Source: Nitrosopumilaceae archaeon (GTDB taxonomy: Archaea; Thermoproteota; Nitrososphaeria; Nitrososphaerales; Nitrosopumilaceae). From it: a DNA stretch of 64,000 bases. The notes below the pieces were generated by a model. That model saw nothing but the letters and a program-made list of their open reading frames with translations. It ran no database searches and was not told the origin of the DNA. Made by a program: the position numbers and the translations under genes. Shown here piece after piece: positions 10,829 to 21,225 of this stretch (its first letter is position 1; each line of letters begins with the position of its first letter). The stretch spans positions 1,088,001 to 1,152,000 of the forward strand of contig OZ242376.1 in the NCBI GenBank assembly GCA_965209085.1. The letters are read 5' to 3'.

Positions 10829-11009
10829 ACAGTATTGCTCTCAAATTATGTGTTTAAGCAAATGGATTCGCCCATGCCTATATTTGTAAAACCATGCCCG
10901 ATGCGGTGCAGGTTGTGTACAATTTTCAATTGTACGAATATTTGATTCAGGGTTGTGCAAAAATCAATCACACCCCTAATAAGAGGAGTACCGTATTGTA
11001 CGGTATAAG

Positions 11010-11360
11010 ATGACTGGACGATTAATGTACATTCCAAAAGAGATCGCATCTGATTTTGGACATATTGAAACATCCACCGATCGGGATCTAAATACGGTCA
11101 AGAGCCGCATTGCAGATTTTAGTACAATCTCAGTCCTAAAGATACTCTCACAGTTGCGTGCCGGTCCAAAGACGTTTGGCAATTTATACACGGATTCGGG
11201 CATTAGGTACAAACGATCATACATTAGATACTTGCATCTTTGCGGCAAATACGGTTTTATCGACAGAAGAGAGCAGAGTCCAAGAGTCTATTACAGCATT
11301 ACCGACAAGGGACGCACCATGTTTTCCTTGTTCATAGAGGACTCAACAAGACATAATTAG
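11010..11360 (+). CDS. Winged-helix DNA-binding protein
   Basis: Helix-turn-helix followed by GFI...RVYYSITDKG wing signature. Confidence 0.7.
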   Translation: MTGRLMYIPKEIASDFGHIETSTDRDLNTVKSRIADFSTISVLKILSQLRAGPKTFGNLYTDSGIRYKRSYIRYLHLCGKYGFIDRREQSPRVYYSITDKGRTMFSLFIEDSTRHN

Positions 11361-11381
11361 ACATATCTTTATTCCATTATA

Positions 11382-12104
11382 GTGAACAGAGAATATCCAG
11401 CAGCTGAAATTGTAGAGATCAACGGTAAAATTCCAACAAAGCCGGTAATATTTGCAGGTTTTGTGGGTGCAGGTCTAGTAGGACCGTTATCCATAGGACA
11501 TATGATAGTAGAGATGGGCATGAAAGAGATTGCATATGTGCGCTCAAGGCACATGCCTCCGTCTACGGTTTTTACAAGTGGAAGACTGCGTTATCCTTTT
11601 CGAATATACGCAGATGAGGAGGGCAAAACATGCTGCATAATATGCGAGGTTACCTTGAAGATGGAGGGCATTTATGATATAATAGGGGCCATACTAGAAT
11701 GGGCAAAAAAAGTTGGAGCTCAAGAACTTGTCATACTTGATGGATTCTCAGGGAAGCATGATGGCAGAACGTATTGTGCAGCAGAACAGGATCGAAACAA
11801 AGAGATGGAAAAAAACGGCATTGCCATAATAACGCAGGGATTTATTACAGGAGTTCCGGGCGGAGTTCTTGCAGAATGCCTGATGCACAAGATACAGGGC
11901 AGCGTACTGCTTGCAAAAGCTGAAAAGGCAAAACCGGATCCCATAGCGGCAGCATTGCTGTTAGAGTCAGTAAACAAGCTATACGGGACAAACGTGGATA
12001 CTGGAAAAATGCTCAAAAACAAAGAGAGGTTGGGGAATGATTTTAGCGACATGTCCAAAAAATATACAGAGCACAGCGAGAAATACTCTGGCATGTACAT
12101 GTAG
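11382..12104 (+). CDS. PAC2-family proteasome assembly chaperone
   Basis: FAGFVGAGLVG, PFRIY, GFITGVPG, PDPIAAA motifs. Confidence 0.88.
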   Translation: MNREYPAAEIVEINGKIPTKPVIFAGFVGAGLVGPLSIGHMIVEMGMKEIAYVRSRHMPPSTVFTSGRLRYPFRIYADEEGKTCCIICEVTLKMEGIYDIIGAILEWAKKVGAQELVILDGFSGKHDGRTYCAAEQDRNKEMEKNGIAIITQGFITGVPGGVLAECLMHKIQGSVLLAKAEKAKPDPIAAALLLESVNKLYGTNVDTGKMLKNKERLGNDFSDMSKKYTEHSEKYSGMYM

Positions 12105-12144
12105 GTGCGTGAGAATTGTTTTATTTTGATAAAAAACGGCGTGT

Positions 12145-13149
12145 ATGATGGCACTCACGTATAAAAAAACCGGTGTGGATATTTCAGGGATAAAATCCAC
12201 CCACCGCAGTATCGGGCGCATAATATCTAGTACGCATGATAAAAGCGTCAGACACGGGTTTGGCCATTATGCCGGAATTGTCAGGGCGCACGGTACGGAT
12301 GTGGCAGTGCATACGGATGGTGTCGGCACAAAAGTGCTCGTTGCATGCATGATGAAAAAATACGATACTGTCGGGATAGACTGCATAGGTATGAACGTAA
12401 ATGACATGATATGCACAGGGGCCGCACCTGTTGCCATTGTGGATTACATTGCAGCAAACCGCAATGATTCGAAAATATTTTTACAGATTGTCAAAGGACT
12501 TGCAAGAGGTGCAAAAATGAGCGGCACGCCAATAGTTGGCGGAGAGACTGCAATAATGCCAGACATGTTTGCAGGTAGGGGTTTTTCATTTGATCTTGCA
12601 GGTACCGTTGTCGGAGTGCTGAAAACAAAACCGCTTTTGGGGAATGCAATAAAACCAAAGGATGTGATAATCGGCGTGCACAGCTCAGGACTGCATTCAA
12701 ACGGATACACGCTTGCAAGAAAAGCACTGCTCTCAAAATTTTCATTAAAGGATAAAATTCAAGGAGCAGGAACCATTGGCGATGCCCTGCTAGAGCCCAC
12801 ATGCATATACACAAAACCGGCCTTGGAGGCTTTGCAAAAATGCAACCTGCACGGAATCGGACACATTACTGGCGGCGCATTCTCAAAGCTGACGCGCCTG
12901 AAAAACCTCCGCTATGAGATAGAATCGCTGCCAAAGATTCCTCCAATCATGGCACTCATAGAGGAATCAGGCGTTGCTAGAAAAGAAATGTACCGTACAT
13001 TCAACATGGGCGTGGGCCTGTGCATAATGGCGCCGCAAAGCGAGGAATCAGGCATACGGGCAATCTTCAAAAAACATAAAATTAATTCTGATGTGATAGG
13101 CACTGTTACATCAGGCAAAGGCGTGCGTGTAAAATCCATACGGGTCTAG
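12145..13149 (+). CDS. purM: Phosphoribosylformylglycinamidine cyclo-ligase (AIR synthase)
   Basis: TY..TGVDI, TDGVGTK, GGETA, SSGLHSNG, HITGG, TFNMGVG. Confidence 0.96.
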   Translation: MMALTYKKTGVDISGIKSTHRSIGRIISSTHDKSVRHGFGHYAGIVRAHGTDVAVHTDGVGTKVLVACMMKKYDTVGIDCIGMNVNDMICTGAAPVAIVDYIAANRNDSKIFLQIVKGLARGAKMSGTPIVGGETAIMPDMFAGRGFSFDLAGTVVGVLKTKPLLGNAIKPKDVIIGVHSSGLHSNGYTLARKALLSKFSLKDKIQGAGTIGDALLEPTCIYTKPALEALQKCNLHGIGHITGGAFSKLTRLKNLRYEIESLPKIPPIMALIEESGVARKEMYRTFNMGVGLCIMAPQSEESGIRAIFKKHKINSDVIGTVTSGKGVRVKSIRV

Positions 13150-13209
13150 GGTCAGCATACCGGATATTTTGGCAATCAAGTATAAAAAACCCGAATTGTA
13201 TGATAATGC

Positions 13210-14469
13210 ATGGTAGCTGAGATGAATTTCATACAGACCATTATCGGCGTCGGCATACTGCTAGCGGCTGCAAAGCTGATGGCAGAGCTCTTCTCACGCA
13301 TAAAGCTGCCCATAGTACTTGGCGAGCTGCTAGCAGGCATGATAGTGGGTCCGTTTGCCCTGGGCATGTTTTTCATATATGATGGCAGACCGCTTTTGCA
13401 GATTGATGCAAACTTGCGGCTGCTTGGCGAGATTGGAGCTATTGTAATTTTGTTTATGGCAGGTCTTGAGATGACCCCGAGGGAATTTCTAAGAGGGGGC
13501 AAAAGCTCGCTTACTGTAGGAACGCTTGGCGTTGTAATCCCGTTTGCCGCAGGATATTTTGTTTTTCAATTCTTTGGGTTTGATGCCCTCCAGTCCATGC
13601 TCATAGCCACAGCACTTACTGCGACAAGCATTGCAATTTCCATCCAGGTGTTAAACGAATTTGGTAAGATAAAAACTCCCGAAGCGCGAATGATTATAGG
13701 TGCAGCTGTAGTGGATGACATACTTGCCATAGCGATTTTATCCGTGGTATCATCCATTGCAGCTGATGGCGGCGACATTGACAATATCAACGTGATTGAT
13801 GTCGCACTTACAATACTAAAGGTTCTAGGTTTCTTTGCCATATTGCTAGTCGCTGCTGTATTTATAATACCAAAGGTAATGACGCCAAGACTCTGGAAGG
13901 CAAAGGGGAGCGTGGAGGCGATTGCAACTGCATCGTTTTTTGGAGCAGCAGCGATTGCCGGTTCCATCGGATTATCCCCTATTGTAGGCGCGTTTGCAGT
14001 CGGAATGGCACTATCCACCACCAAAGCCTTTGACAAAGTTGAGAATTTTATCGGGAAGATTGGTCTTATATTTGCCCCGTTGTTTTTTGCCATAATCGGA
14101 GCCCAAGTTGACTTTAGAACGGTAAATCTGGAGATACTCGGACTATCGGGCATAATCATAGTGATTGCAATAGTGACAAAATACTTTGGGTGCGGAATTC
14201 CAGCGTGGTTCTTTCTCAAAGACCGCGCACGCGGCATGCGCGTTGGAATCGGGATGATATCAAGAGGCGAGGTCGGACTCATCGTGGCAGGAGTGGGGGT
14301 ATCTTCGGGAATTTTAACCGGCGATGTATATTCCACAATTGTAATAATGGTGGCAGTTACCACAATTATTACGCCCATTTGGTTAAAGATGGAATACCGT
14401 AGAGAAGCTAGAAAAGATAATGCCGGCTCTGTTGTATCAGATGTGAGATCCCCCTCGCAATCCCAATAG
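13210..14469 (+). CDS. Cation:proton antiporter (CPA2/Kef type)
   Basis: LFMAGLE, ATSIAIS, AAVVDD, RGEVGLI motifs; polytopic membrane protein. Confidence 0.92.
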   Translation: MVAEMNFIQTIIGVGILLAAAKLMAELFSRIKLPIVLGELLAGMIVGPFALGMFFIYDGRPLLQIDANLRLLGEIGAIVILFMAGLEMTPREFLRGGKSSLTVGTLGVVIPFAAGYFVFQFFGFDALQSMLIATALTATSIAISIQVLNEFGKIKTPEARMIIGAAVVDDILAIAILSVVSSIAADGGDIDNINVIDVALTILKVLGFFAILLVAAVFIIPKVMTPRLWKAKGSVEAIATASFFGAAAIAGSIGLSPIVGAFAVGMALSTTKAFDKVENFIGKIGLIFAPLFFAIIGAQVDFRTVNLEILGLSGIIIVIAIVTKYFGCGIPAWFFLKDRARGMRVGIGMISRGEVGLIVAGVGVSSGILTGDVYSTIVIMVAVTTIITPIWLKMEYRREARKDNAGSVVSDVRSPSQSQ

Positions 14470-14504
14470 ATGATATGCAACAATTAGATTATATGTCTTG
14501 AATA

Positions 14505-15110
14505 GTGCGCAGCTGTGTGGCTGAAGATTATGTTGCAATGTGCACCGCATGTAAAAAGGCAGTTGATCGCAAAGATCTCCAGTATGTAAACGGTCTCTCA
14601 TATCATACAGCATGCAGTGCCCAAAGCGGCTCCAATTCAGGCATAATTAATGCAGACGAGACTAGACTCAAAGTGGACATTGTAACTTTGAAAAACCTCA
14701 GATCACAAATGTTCTCAAAGAAACATCCTGCATCCAAAAAGAAAACATCATCTGGGAGAAAAACGCTGAAAAAGAAAACCGTTCCCAGGAAAAAAACTGT
14801 TAAAAAACGCACTCTATCCAAAAGGAAAACTCTGGCCAAAAAAAAGACTCTGACCCGTAAAAAAACTGTAAAACGTCCAAGTTTGAAAAAGACAGGTACA
14901 AGATCGTCTAGAAAACCGGCAAAACGCACCGTACGTAAAAAACCAATCAGGCGTACTGTGAAAAAAACAACACTTGGAAAAACCGCAAAGCATAAAAAAA
15001 CTGTAAAACGTCCAAGTTTGAAAAAGACAGGTACAAGATCGTCTAGAAAACCGGCAAAACGCACCGTACGTAAAAAACCAATCAGGCGTACTGTGAAAAA
15101 AAGACGTTAG
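14505..15110 (+). CDS. Lys/Arg-rich histone H1-like protein with N-terminal CxxC...HxxC zinc motif
   Basis: CTAC...YHTAC followed by ~130 aa of KKT/KRT/RKK repeats. Start may be ATG at 14538. Confidence 0.7.
   Translation: MRSCVAEDYVAMCTACKKAVDRKDLQYVNGLSYHTACSAQSGSNSGIINADETRLKVDIVTLKNLRSQMFSKKHPASKKKTSSGRKTLKKKTVPRKKTVKKRTLSKRKTLAKKKTLTRKKTVKRPSLKKTGTRSSRKPAKRTVRKKPIRRTVKKTTLGKTAKHKKTVKRPSLKKTGTRSSRKPAKRTVRKKPIRRTVKKRR
14858..15102 (+). repeat. Exact 110-bp direct repeat (14858-14967 and 14993-15102; period 135 bp = 45 aa)
   Basis: Identical taaaaaaactgtaaaacgtcca...cgtactgtgaaaaaaa copies. Confidence 0.9.
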
Positions 15111-15153
15111 TACGGGGCGCATAAAATTTATTCAAGTGTAATTTACACAGTTT

Positions 15154-16734
15154 ATGCAGTCAGCGGTTACATTTGAGATGGCATGTCATGAGATATCTCA
15201 GGGCATTCTCGCAGGAGGCAAACTGACGGTAAAGGCTGCAAGAGATGAGACAATGCGCGTATGTGCAAAATATTCACTCAGTAAGATACCCCGCAACGAT
15301 GAGATACTTGCAACTGTAAACGGTGAAAATTACAAGTCTCTTCAGAAAATCCTCATACGCAAACCAGTAAAGACTGCATCAGGTGTGGCAGTAATAGCCC
15401 TCATGGCCCGCCCGTATGCGTGTCCGCACGGCAGATGCACATACTGTCCTGGCGGAGTAGAGTACAACAGTCCAAACAGCTATACTGGAAACGAGCCATC
15501 CACTGTCAGCGCAATAGAGAGCGGGTATGATCCAAAAAAACAGATACTCTCAAAGATTGCAAAGCTTGCAGCATACGGCCATGAAAGCTCAAAGATAGAA
15601 ATCATCATAGTCGGAGGAACGTTTCTGTTCATGCCCGAACAGTACAGATATGAATTTGTAAAATCATGCTACGAGGCGCTCAACGGATTTGAATCTGCAA
15701 CCCTGTTTGAGGCGCAAAATGCAAACGTTAGTGCAAAACACCGCAACGTGGGATTCACCATAGAGACAAAACCGGATTACTGTAGAAAAGAGCACATTGA
15801 TGCCATGCTCACATACGGGGCGACCCGCGTTGAAATCGGCGTGCAGAGTCTGCAGGAGAATGTTTTAAAAAGATCAAACAGAGGGCACGGATTTGAAGAG
15901 ATTACAAGATCGTTTCAAGAGGCAAAAGATGCAGGGTATAAAGTTGCCGCCCACATGATGCCTGGCCTTCCTGGTGCAACTTTGGAAAATGATCTTGCCG
16001 ATTTTGAATCGTTGTATTCGGATACGCGTCTAGTTCCAGACATGCTGAAAATTTACCCCACGCTTGTATTGCGCGGAACGCCCCTGTATGAGGAATACAA
16101 GGCAGGCAGATACGAGCCGTACGATGAGGAGAGCATGATCTCACTTGTCGCAAAGGCAAAATCAAAAATTCCAAAATGGGTGCGCATAATGAGGGTACAG
16201 CGCGAGATATCCGCAGGCGAGATTATAGCCGGTCCAAAATACGGCAATTTTAGGCAGACTGTACTGCAATATATGAGAGAGAACGGTATAAAGTGCTCGT
16301 GCATCAGATGCAGGGAGGCTGGATTGTCAGGTAAGAATTCAATCAGCGAGGATCTTGTACTGTACAGGAAAGATTATGATTCATCTGGCGGTCGCGAGGT
16401 GTTTTTATCATACGAGGATAAAGAGGAGTCAGTGTTCGGATATTTGAGACTGAGAATGCCAAGCAGTATTGCACACAGGTCAGAGATATCAGATGGTACT
16501 GGAATAATACGGGAAATTCACGTTACAGGTAAAACTGTCGGAGTGGGTATCAAAGATGGGAGCATACAGCATGCTGGAATTGGAACGGCTCTGCTGCGGC
16601 GGGCAGAATCTGTGGCAAAAGAAGAGTTTGGGTGCTCAAAGATGCTTGTAATCAGCGCCGTTGGGACGCGCGGGTATTATGCAAAATTTGGATATTGTAT
16701 GGACGGGCCATACATGGCCAAAAATATGGTGTAA
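15154..16734 (+). CDS. elp3: Elp3 tRNA U34 modification enzyme (radical SAM + KAT)
   Basis: KTASGVAV, CPHGRCTYCPGG, LKIYPT, CIRCRE, QHAGIG, ISAVG.R.YY. Confidence 0.95.
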   Translation: MQSAVTFEMACHEISQGILAGGKLTVKAARDETMRVCAKYSLSKIPRNDEILATVNGENYKSLQKILIRKPVKTASGVAVIALMARPYACPHGRCTYCPGGVEYNSPNSYTGNEPSTVSAIESGYDPKKQILSKIAKLAAYGHESSKIEIIIVGGTFLFMPEQYRYEFVKSCYEALNGFESATLFEAQNANVSAKHRNVGFTIETKPDYCRKEHIDAMLTYGATRVEIGVQSLQENVLKRSNRGHGFEEITRSFQEAKDAGYKVAAHMMPGLPGATLENDLADFESLYSDTRLVPDMLKIYPTLVLRGTPLYEEYKAGRYEPYDEESMISLVAKAKSKIPKWVRIMRVQREISAGEIIAGPKYGNFRQTVLQYMRENGIKCSCIRCREAGLSGKNSISEDLVLYRKDYDSSGGREVFLSYEDKEESVFGYLRLRMPSSIAHRSEISDGTGIIREIHVTGKTVGVGIKDGSIQHAGIGTALLRRAESVAKEEFGCSKMLVISAVGTRGYYAKFGYCMDGPYMAKNMV

Positions 16735-16739
16735 TATGC

Positions 16740-18314
16740 ATGGAGAAAAAAATAGGACGCGGTACGTGGATTGACAAACTTGCCTCAGAAATGCTAGAGC
16801 GTGAAAAAAAACTTTGCAGGGACACTAGCATTCTCAGAGTTGAGAGCGGTCTTGGCGCCTCGGGCATCCCGCATGTTGGAAGTCTTGGGGATGCTGTAAG
16901 GGCATACGGGGTAAAGCTTGCCCTGCAGGATTTGGGATACAAGTCTGAATTAATTGCATATTCAGATGATATGGACGGGCTGCGCAAAATACCTAAAGGG
17001 TTTCCAAAATCACTAAACGAGCATTTAGCAAAGCCGGTCTCTCTTATACCGGACCCTGACAGCTGCCATGGCTCTTACGGGGAGCATATGAGCAGTCTTT
17101 TGCTTGAAGGCTTGGATGATTTGGGCATAGAGTATGAGTTTAGGCGGGCGTATGATACGTACGGTAATGGTGATTTAAAAGAGCAGACGCATGCAATATT
17201 ATCCCAAAAGAATATCATCGGGGAGAAAATTTCAGACATGGTCGGACAGGAAAAATTTACAAAATATCTGCCGTATTTTGCAGTCTGTGCCAATTGCAAG
17301 AAACTGTACACTACAGAATCCCTAGAGTATGATGCAGAAAATCGTGCCATCTCATACGAGTGCAAAGATGCAAAAATCAGCGGAAATATAATCAAAGGGT
17401 GCGGACATGCGGGGATATCCCGCATCGGGATTGATTTGGGCAAGCTTGCATGGAAGGTGGAATTTGCCGCAAGATGGGCCGCATACGATATACGGTTTGA
17501 GGCGTACGGCAAGGACATTATGGATTCGGTGCACGTAAACGACTGGGTTGCAGAAAAGATACTAGGGTATGCACCCCCACACCATGTAAAATATGAAATG
17601 TTTTTGGACAGGGGCGGTAAAAAAATATCAAAGTCGCTTGGAAATGTGATAACGTCTCAAAGATGGCTCAAATACGGATCAAAGCAGTCGCTGCTATTGC
17701 TATTGTACAAACGAATCACCGGAGCGCGCGAGCTTGGATTTGAGGATATTCCATCCCTGATGGACGAATATCACGAATTGGAGAGCGCATATTTTGCAAA
17801 CAAAGGATCCGGAAACGCCGCAAAGGATGCAAAGATGCACGGTCTGTACGAGTATGTGAATTTGCTGCAGATCCCGTCTGCCCCCGCCCCCCACGCAAAA
17901 TACATGCTAGTGGTAGAACTTGCGCGCATATTTGTGGAAAATCGTGCAGAGTGTATCATCAAAAAACTCTTGGATTATGGAGCCATTAAAGAGTCATCTG
18001 TTGAGATTAAAGGTTTGGTGCAGATTGCCGGAAATTATGCAGATGATTTTGGCAGCAAGGATGCACAGCTAGTTGATGCACAAGATGAGGTGCGTGTGGC
18101 ACTTTTGTCCCTAGCTGATTCGCTGGAATCAAATTCTAGCGTGCAAAACGCCGCATATGAGGCTGCCAAATCTGCCGGTGCAAAACCTCGCGACGTATTC
18201 GTATGCATGTATCAGATACTTTTGGGTTCTTCTAGCGGACCGCGCCTTGATCCGTTCATTGCAGATATAGGAGCTGCAAAAGTGGCGCATAAAATAAGGG
18301 AGGCTTTGGCGTAA
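16740..18314 (+). CDS. lysS: Class I lysyl-tRNA synthetase
   Basis: GASGIPHVGS (HIGH-like), GKLAWKVEF, KISKSLGN (KMSKS-like). Start placed at ATG 16740 after the elp3 stop. Confidence 0.95.
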   Translation: MEKKIGRGTWIDKLASEMLEREKKLCRDTSILRVESGLGASGIPHVGSLGDAVRAYGVKLALQDLGYKSELIAYSDDMDGLRKIPKGFPKSLNEHLAKPVSLIPDPDSCHGSYGEHMSSLLLEGLDDLGIEYEFRRAYDTYGNGDLKEQTHAILSQKNIIGEKISDMVGQEKFTKYLPYFAVCANCKKLYTTESLEYDAENRAISYECKDAKISGNIIKGCGHAGISRIGIDLGKLAWKVEFAARWAAYDIRFEAYGKDIMDSVHVNDWVAEKILGYAPPHHVKYEMFLDRGGKKISKSLGNVITSQRWLKYGSKQSLLLLLYKRITGARELGFEDIPSLMDEYHELESAYFANKGSGNAAKDAKMHGLYEYVNLLQIPSAPAPHAKYMLVVELARIFVENRAECIIKKLLDYGAIKESSVEIKGLVQIAGNYADDFGSKDAQLVDAQDEVRVALLSLADSLESNSSVQNAAYEAAKSAGAKPRDVFVCMYQILLGSSSGPRLDPFIADIGAAKVAHKIREALA

Positions 18315-18315
18315 A

Positions 18316-18513
18316 ATGGTGCACGGTGAGCACAACAAAAACCGTAGCGGCGGATTTTTTCTCATAATATTTGGAGCACTCTTATTCATAACATCCCCCC
18401 TGTATCTTGCAGACTCACCAACATTAGGAGGGGTTGCAATTGTATTTGGATTCATCATAGGCGGATTGGGATTTTACATGAATTTTGTGCGCGGCAGGGG
18501 CAAAAAACAGTGA
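18316..18513 (+). CDS. Small two-TM membrane protein
   Basis: Two hydrophobic segments; starts 2 nt after the lysS stop. Confidence 0.7.
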   Translation: MVHGEHNKNRSGGFFLIIFGALLFITSPLYLADSPTLGGVAIVFGFIIGGLGFYMNFVRGRGKKQ

Positions 18514-18546
18514 ACCGTTTTAATGTAGAGAAGGGGTGTATGATAC

Positions 18547-19407
18547 ATGGGGTTTTTTAGAAAAAAATCAGCAGATGATGCACTAAAAAGTGCCGAATCA
18601 TCTGCTGCAAAACCGGCAGAGTCCTCACCCACTGATGAGCAGATACGGATGGAATCACAGCGTAAACAGATAGACTCACTAGATGTGGAGATTGGTCAAA
18701 AACGCAAAGAGGTCTCATCGCTTGAAGAACTAGTCAATACAAAGCAGGATCTGCGCAAATCCATAGAAGAAAAACTTGCCGACGTTAGAAAAGAATACGA
18801 TAGTGCCGTGGGTACTTTGATGTCGACAAAAAAAGAATTAAATGAGAAAAGACGCAATGCACGCTCTGCTACTGCAGAGCTTGAAAACGTCCAGGATAGA
18901 CTTACCGGCATAATTGCAGATACGGCATCAGCTGAGACCATTAGAAGGAAGAAAGATGACGAGTTAAAATCAATTGAAAGGCAGCACGGTAAGGTAAAAG
19001 CTCAGATTGCCGAAATGGAGAGGGCAAAGAGTTTGTTGGAGGAGATGAAAGGTGAGATTACATCGCAGCAGGATAAAAACGCCAATTTGAATACACGTAT
19101 TGCAGAATCTGAAAAGATTTTACAAAAATTGGAAAAAGAGAAAAAATCTGCATTAGAGGCGGTTTTAAATACTGAAAAATCACTCAAAGCGCCGCCTGTT
19201 GCATTGGCAGATAATGCAAAAAATCCACCCCTACCTGAGAGCAAGAGTGTTATCGAGGCTGCCAGTGCAGTGGTTGCATCCATGACGCAAAAATTGCGTT
19301 CTGCTGAAAACGAGCTGACCGTGGTAAAAAATCTGCTGCAAAAGGAGCGCAAAGCACATGATGTAACACGTGAAAACTTGCAGAAATTGAAAAATCCTAG
19401 CGCATAA
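18547..19407 (+). CDS. Coiled-coil protein of unknown function
   Basis: Heptad-like E/K/L-rich 286-aa ORF co-directional with the core genes. Confidence 0.75.
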   Translation: MGFFRKKSADDALKSAESSAAKPAESSPTDEQIRMESQRKQIDSLDVEIGQKRKEVSSLEELVNTKQDLRKSIEEKLADVRKEYDSAVGTLMSTKKELNEKRRNARSATAELENVQDRLTGIIADTASAETIRRKKDDELKSIERQHGKVKAQIAEMERAKSLLEEMKGEITSQQDKNANLNTRIAESEKILQKLEKEKKSALEAVLNTEKSLKAPPVALADNAKNPPLPESKSVIEAASAVVASMTQKLRSAENELTVVKNLLQKERKAHDVTRENLQKLKNPSA

Positions 19408-19685
19408 AATCTACGATAATTCCGTATAGAAAATAAAATCCTATTACTCCTCCAATTATTCCAATCCATGCGGCTATGGCCTGTCGTTTTTCCATATAAT
19501 CTACGGTTATTACGTATTAAATTAGTATAGCGGTATGCGGTACGCAGTGGACCGGACCCGTAGGTTGAAAAATACCGTTTGAATACTGCCAAACTGTATG
19601 GTCATAGTTTCAAAAAAACAACCCGTTATCTAGTGCAACTCTGCTGCAAACGCATGCGGCAAAAAGGGCTTGGTACAAATTCGTA

Positions 19686-19698
19686 GCGGGCCCGAAGG
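19686..19698 (-). repeat. att site: duplicated 3' end of tRNA-Arg
   Basis: 13-bp exact match to 40458-40470. Confidence 0.85.
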
Positions 19699-19868
19699 AG
19701 CCCCCTATTTGCAAATGGCGGGTACCTGCAACATGTCAAAAGTTGGCAGAAATAGTGTCAAAAATCTGATCGCGTGTGCTTATTTTTCAAGTACATTTTT
19801 GCCATTTGATAGTATGCCTACAAACTTCCAGCCGTTTTGTATGAGTTTTTCAGCCTCGTTAGAATATA

Positions 19869-21167
19869 CTACGCGCTGACTTGGAACATTTTACCGGCAT
19901 TCAGGTTCTGAAGTGCCTCTAGTACCGTTCCAAGTTTTTCTGGATTGATTTTTTGCAGTTCTGTATGAGCATTCTGCATCTGTTTTTCAGCGGTTTTATC
20001 TTCGCTAGTTTCGATGTCAAGATATTCTTCAGAGCGGTCAAACGAATCTTTCATAGCTTTTATGAGCTTTTCAGGGAGAATGCTCTTGTTTGTAGTGTAT
20101 GTAGCCTCTATACTTCCCCTGTGACCCATAAAGAACGCTCTAAAATCGTGTGCGATTTTACCTTCAGATTCTGCAATTAGTAGCTGTGTGTCAAAATACG
20201 CCCGCAGGACATATGGTCTCCAAGCAAATCTTGGTCGAAATACTTTGCGAACTCTGTTGCTGATCTGTTTTGTCATCAGAAACGAATTTACTTCTTTGCC
20301 ACGTCTGCGTATGAGATATTTTGACGAAGGTGCGACTAGTGGAGAATTGCCGTGCATTGGTTCCCCATTTGAGAGTCTCTCATTCAGATACGAAAGTATT
20401 ATCGATATTGCATTGGTTGTAGCATATGTGAAATACTGGTGCCTGGCTTTGGAGATCTCTGCTCTCACTACGATTCTCATAGGTCTGTTTACACATCTAG
20501 CAATGCCTTCCTGTATTATGATGTCAGGTAGATCTTTCATAGTCAGACCATCAGATCCGTTATCATTGCCCAATACTTCTGGTCTAAGTCCAGATTTTGC
20601 CATGAGTGACATTATGACAGCATCCCGTAGTTCTGACTTGTTGAATATTTCAGTCATTTCCTGTTCGTTTGGCACGCGCTCATCAGCTAAAGTAGGTGTC
20701 AGATGTGTGTTTGTGATACGTATCCGGCGCTGTATATAGACGTCAAAATGTCTGAGCCATGATTTTATTGATTTTAAATGACCTTCAATGTATGCTGGAG
20801 CGTATCCTTGCTGCTCCATCATACCAACATGATCTTCAAGCAGATCCGTGACGGTCTTTACATCCCTCATGCCAAGTTCTGCTAATTGCATTGCACTCAT
20901 CTGATGCATCTGACAAAATCTGATCAATTTCCTTAATCGCATTTCAGCAGTATTTCTGCTACCTCTTGCAGTGTTGTCATACCAGCGTTTTACATCTGGA
21001 TTTGCAAGCATACTTGATTTTTTTGTTTTTTTGATGATTTTTACGTTATCGGTTGTTGACTTTTGCATATTGTTTCCCACATCGGTCAACCTTGCGGCGA
21101 CTTCATTAGTTGTATTATGGCACCAGTGGGTTATTTTACCTTTGTTTAGATCGCTTATTTTGTTCAT
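19869..21167 (-). CDS. Tyrosine recombinase / integrase
   Basis: SGLRPE (R), ISKAR (K), PYVLRAYF (YxxR), FMGH and ATYT (catalytic Tyr). True start may be a downstream Met. Confidence 0.9.
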   Translation of the reverse strand: MNKISDLNKGKITHWCHNTTNEVAARLTDVGNNMQKSTTDNVKIIKKTKKSSMLANPDVKRWYDNTARGSRNTAEMRLRKLIRFCQMHQMSAMQLAELGMRDVKTVTDLLEDHVGMMEQQGYAPAYIEGHLKSIKSWLRHFDVYIQRRIRITNTHLTPTLADERVPNEQEMTEIFNKSELRDAVIMSLMAKSGLRPEVLGNDNGSDGLTMKDLPDIIIQEGIARCVNRPMRIVVRAEISKARHQYFTYATTNAISIILSYLNERLSNGEPMHGNSPLVAPSSKYLIRRRGKEVNSFLMTKQISNRVRKVFRPRFAWRPYVLRAYFDTQLLIAESEGKIAHDFRAFFMGHRGSIEATYTTNKSILPEKLIKAMKDSFDRSEEYLDIETSEDKTAEKQMQNAHTELQKINPEKLGTVLEALQNLNAGKMFQVSA

Positions 21168-21225
21168 TTGTGTAATCTATACAATACACAAACCTTATTT
21201 AACTATTCCCATCTATGGATTACAC

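Noticed and set aside
13566-14483. 305-aa antisense ORF (similarly 10116-10724 and 19002-19592)
   Set aside because: Shadows of well-supported genes on the opposite strand.
16632-16739. Longer lysS start overlapping elp3
   Set aside because: It would overlap elp3 by about 100 nt; ATG 16740 follows the elp3 stop and precedes the conserved WID motif.
20971-21225. N-terminal half of the 176-aa ORF 20971-21501
   Set aside because: Antisense to the integrase 5' end; the plausible protein starts at ATG 21226.
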